DNA of 532 nucleotides from a phage. Position 1 is the first letter of the stretch. Each line of letters begins with the position of its first letter. The notes beneath the pieces were generated by a model. The model was not told where the DNA came from and searched no databases. It worked only from the letters and a program-made list of their open reading frames with translations. Below are positions 1-532 of this stretch, piece after piece. The stretch lies in the sequence record EF517003.1. One strand, given 5' to 3'. The position numbers were made by a program, and so were the translations under genes.

Positions 1-532
1 GCTTCGGTCGTATCCGTGACCTTGAAGCTAAACACTTCAAGAAAAACGTTGAGGAACAACTCAACAAGCGCGTAGGGCACGTCTACAAGAAAGCATTTAT
101 GCAAGTTGTCGAGACTGACATGCTCTCTAAGGGTCTACTCGGTGGCGAGGCGTGGTCTTCGTGGCATAAGGAAGACTCTATTCATGTAGGAGTACGCTGC
201 ATCGAGATGCTCATTGAGTCAACCGGAATGGTTAACTTACACCGCCAAAATGCTGGCGTAGTAGGTCAAGACTCTGAGACTATCGAACTTACATCTGAAT
301 ACGCTGAGGCTATCGCAACCCGTGCAGGTGCGCTGGCTGGCATCTCTCCGATGTTCCAACCTTGCGTAGTTCCTCCTAAGCCGTGGACTGGCATTATTGG
401 TGGTGGCTATTGGGCTAACGGTCGTCGTCCTCTGGCGCTGGTGCGTACTCACAGTAAAAAAGCACTGATGCGTTACGAAGACGTTTACATGCCTGAGGTG
501 TACAAAGCGATTAACATTGCGCAAAACACCGC
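1..532 (+). CDS. 1: T7-type single-subunit DNA-dependent RNA polymerase, internal fragment (about residues 151-326 of an ~883-aa protein); partial at both ends, first complete codon at nt 3, last complete codon ends at nt 530
   Basis: Frame 3 is open over the whole window and translates to FGRIRDLEAKHFKKNVEEQLNKRVGHVYKKAFMQVVETDMLSKGLLGGEAWSSWHKEDSIHVGVRCIEMLIESTGMVNLHRQNAGVVGQDSETIELTSEYAEAIATRAGALAGISPMFQPCVVPPKPWTGIIGGGYWANGRRPLALVRTHSKKALMRYEDVYMPEVYKAINIAQNT. I recognise this as the N-terminal-domain region of phage T7 RNA polymerase, with 171 of 176 residues identical by my recollection of the T7 protein. It is not in the supplied ORF track, presumably because the window holds neither a start nor a stop codon for it. 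Confidence 0.96.
6..167 (+). other. 1: Coding segment for the N-terminal refolding region (subdomain H, approx. residues 152-205) of T7 RNAP, which rearranges at the initiation-to-elongation transition
   Basis: Position within the recognised T7 RNAP alignment. Boundaries are approximate and come from established structural literature on T7 RNAP initiation versus elongation complexes. Confidence 0.55.
66..92 (+). other. 1: Coding segment for the protease-sensitive surface loop K172-R173 ... K179-K180 (NKRVGHVYKK), the classical nicking site of T7 RNAP and the usual split point for engineered split T7 RNAP
   Basis: Codons aag cgc at nt 66-71 and aag aaa at nt 87-92 encode K172-R173 and K179-K180 by alignment to T7 RNAP numbering. 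The functional assignment is established knowledge about T7 RNAP, not deduced from the sequence. Confidence 0.6.
240..287 (+). other. 1: Coding segment for the promoter-melting intercalating beta-hairpin of T7 RNAP (approx. residues 230-245; HRQNAGVVGQDSETIE, Val237 at nt 261-263)
   Basis: Translated motif HRQNAGVVGQDSETIE is identical to the T7 RNAP intercalating hairpin region as I recall it. Domain boundaries are approximate and taken from established structural knowledge of T7 RNAP, not derived from the sequence. Confidence 0.7.

Noticed and set aside
399-407. Triplet run ggtggtggc
   Set aside because: It simply encodes the conserved Gly-Gly-Gly (residues 283-285) of the polymerase. It is too short to be a repeat element or slippage tract of interest.
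443-460. Short stretch (gcgtactcacagtaaaaa) sharing an ACTCAC core with the T7 class III promoter consensus
   Set aside because: Only about 6 contiguous bases match. The upstream TAATACG and downstream TATAG elements of the 23-bp consensus are absent, and no T7 promoter is known inside this part of gene 1. Treated as coincidental coding sequence (LVRTHSKK).
237-524. 95-aa minus-strand ORF from the supplied six-frame track
   Set aside because: It lies wholly antisense to the strongly supported RNA polymerase frame. Its translation is low-complexity and rich in R, T and V with no recognisable motif. Such shadow ORFs are common opposite real genes. I found no start context or RBS to support it.
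1-532. Possibility that the window holds a novel or undescribed system, as the prompt suggests
   Set aside because: Every base is accounted for by one continuous, well-characterised coding frame with about 97% protein identity to T7 RNAP. There is no intergenic space, no second credible ORF, and no repeat, CRISPR or RNA-gene signature. Claiming novelty would not be supported.

Overview
The whole window is an internal fragment of one plus-strand gene: a T7-type single-subunit DNA-dependent RNA polymerase (phage T7 gene 1 or a very close relative). Reading frame 3 (codons from nt 3) is open across the window and encodes 176 residues that match T7 RNA polymerase residues ~151-326 as I recall that protein, with five substitutions (A188T, S228N, A247T, P248S, T282I). 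Both ends are truncated by the window, so there is no start, stop, RBS, promoter or terminator to annotate. I see no evidence of a novel or undescribed system here; the window is fully explained by this well-known gene. The only point worth following up is the substitution pattern: every difference from T7 that I can infer is a G:C to A:T transition, and the amino-acid changes sit in the promoter-melting / N-terminal domain region. The reference comparison is from memory and should be confirmed by alignment. The 95-aa minus-strand ORF in the supplied track is an antisense artefact.
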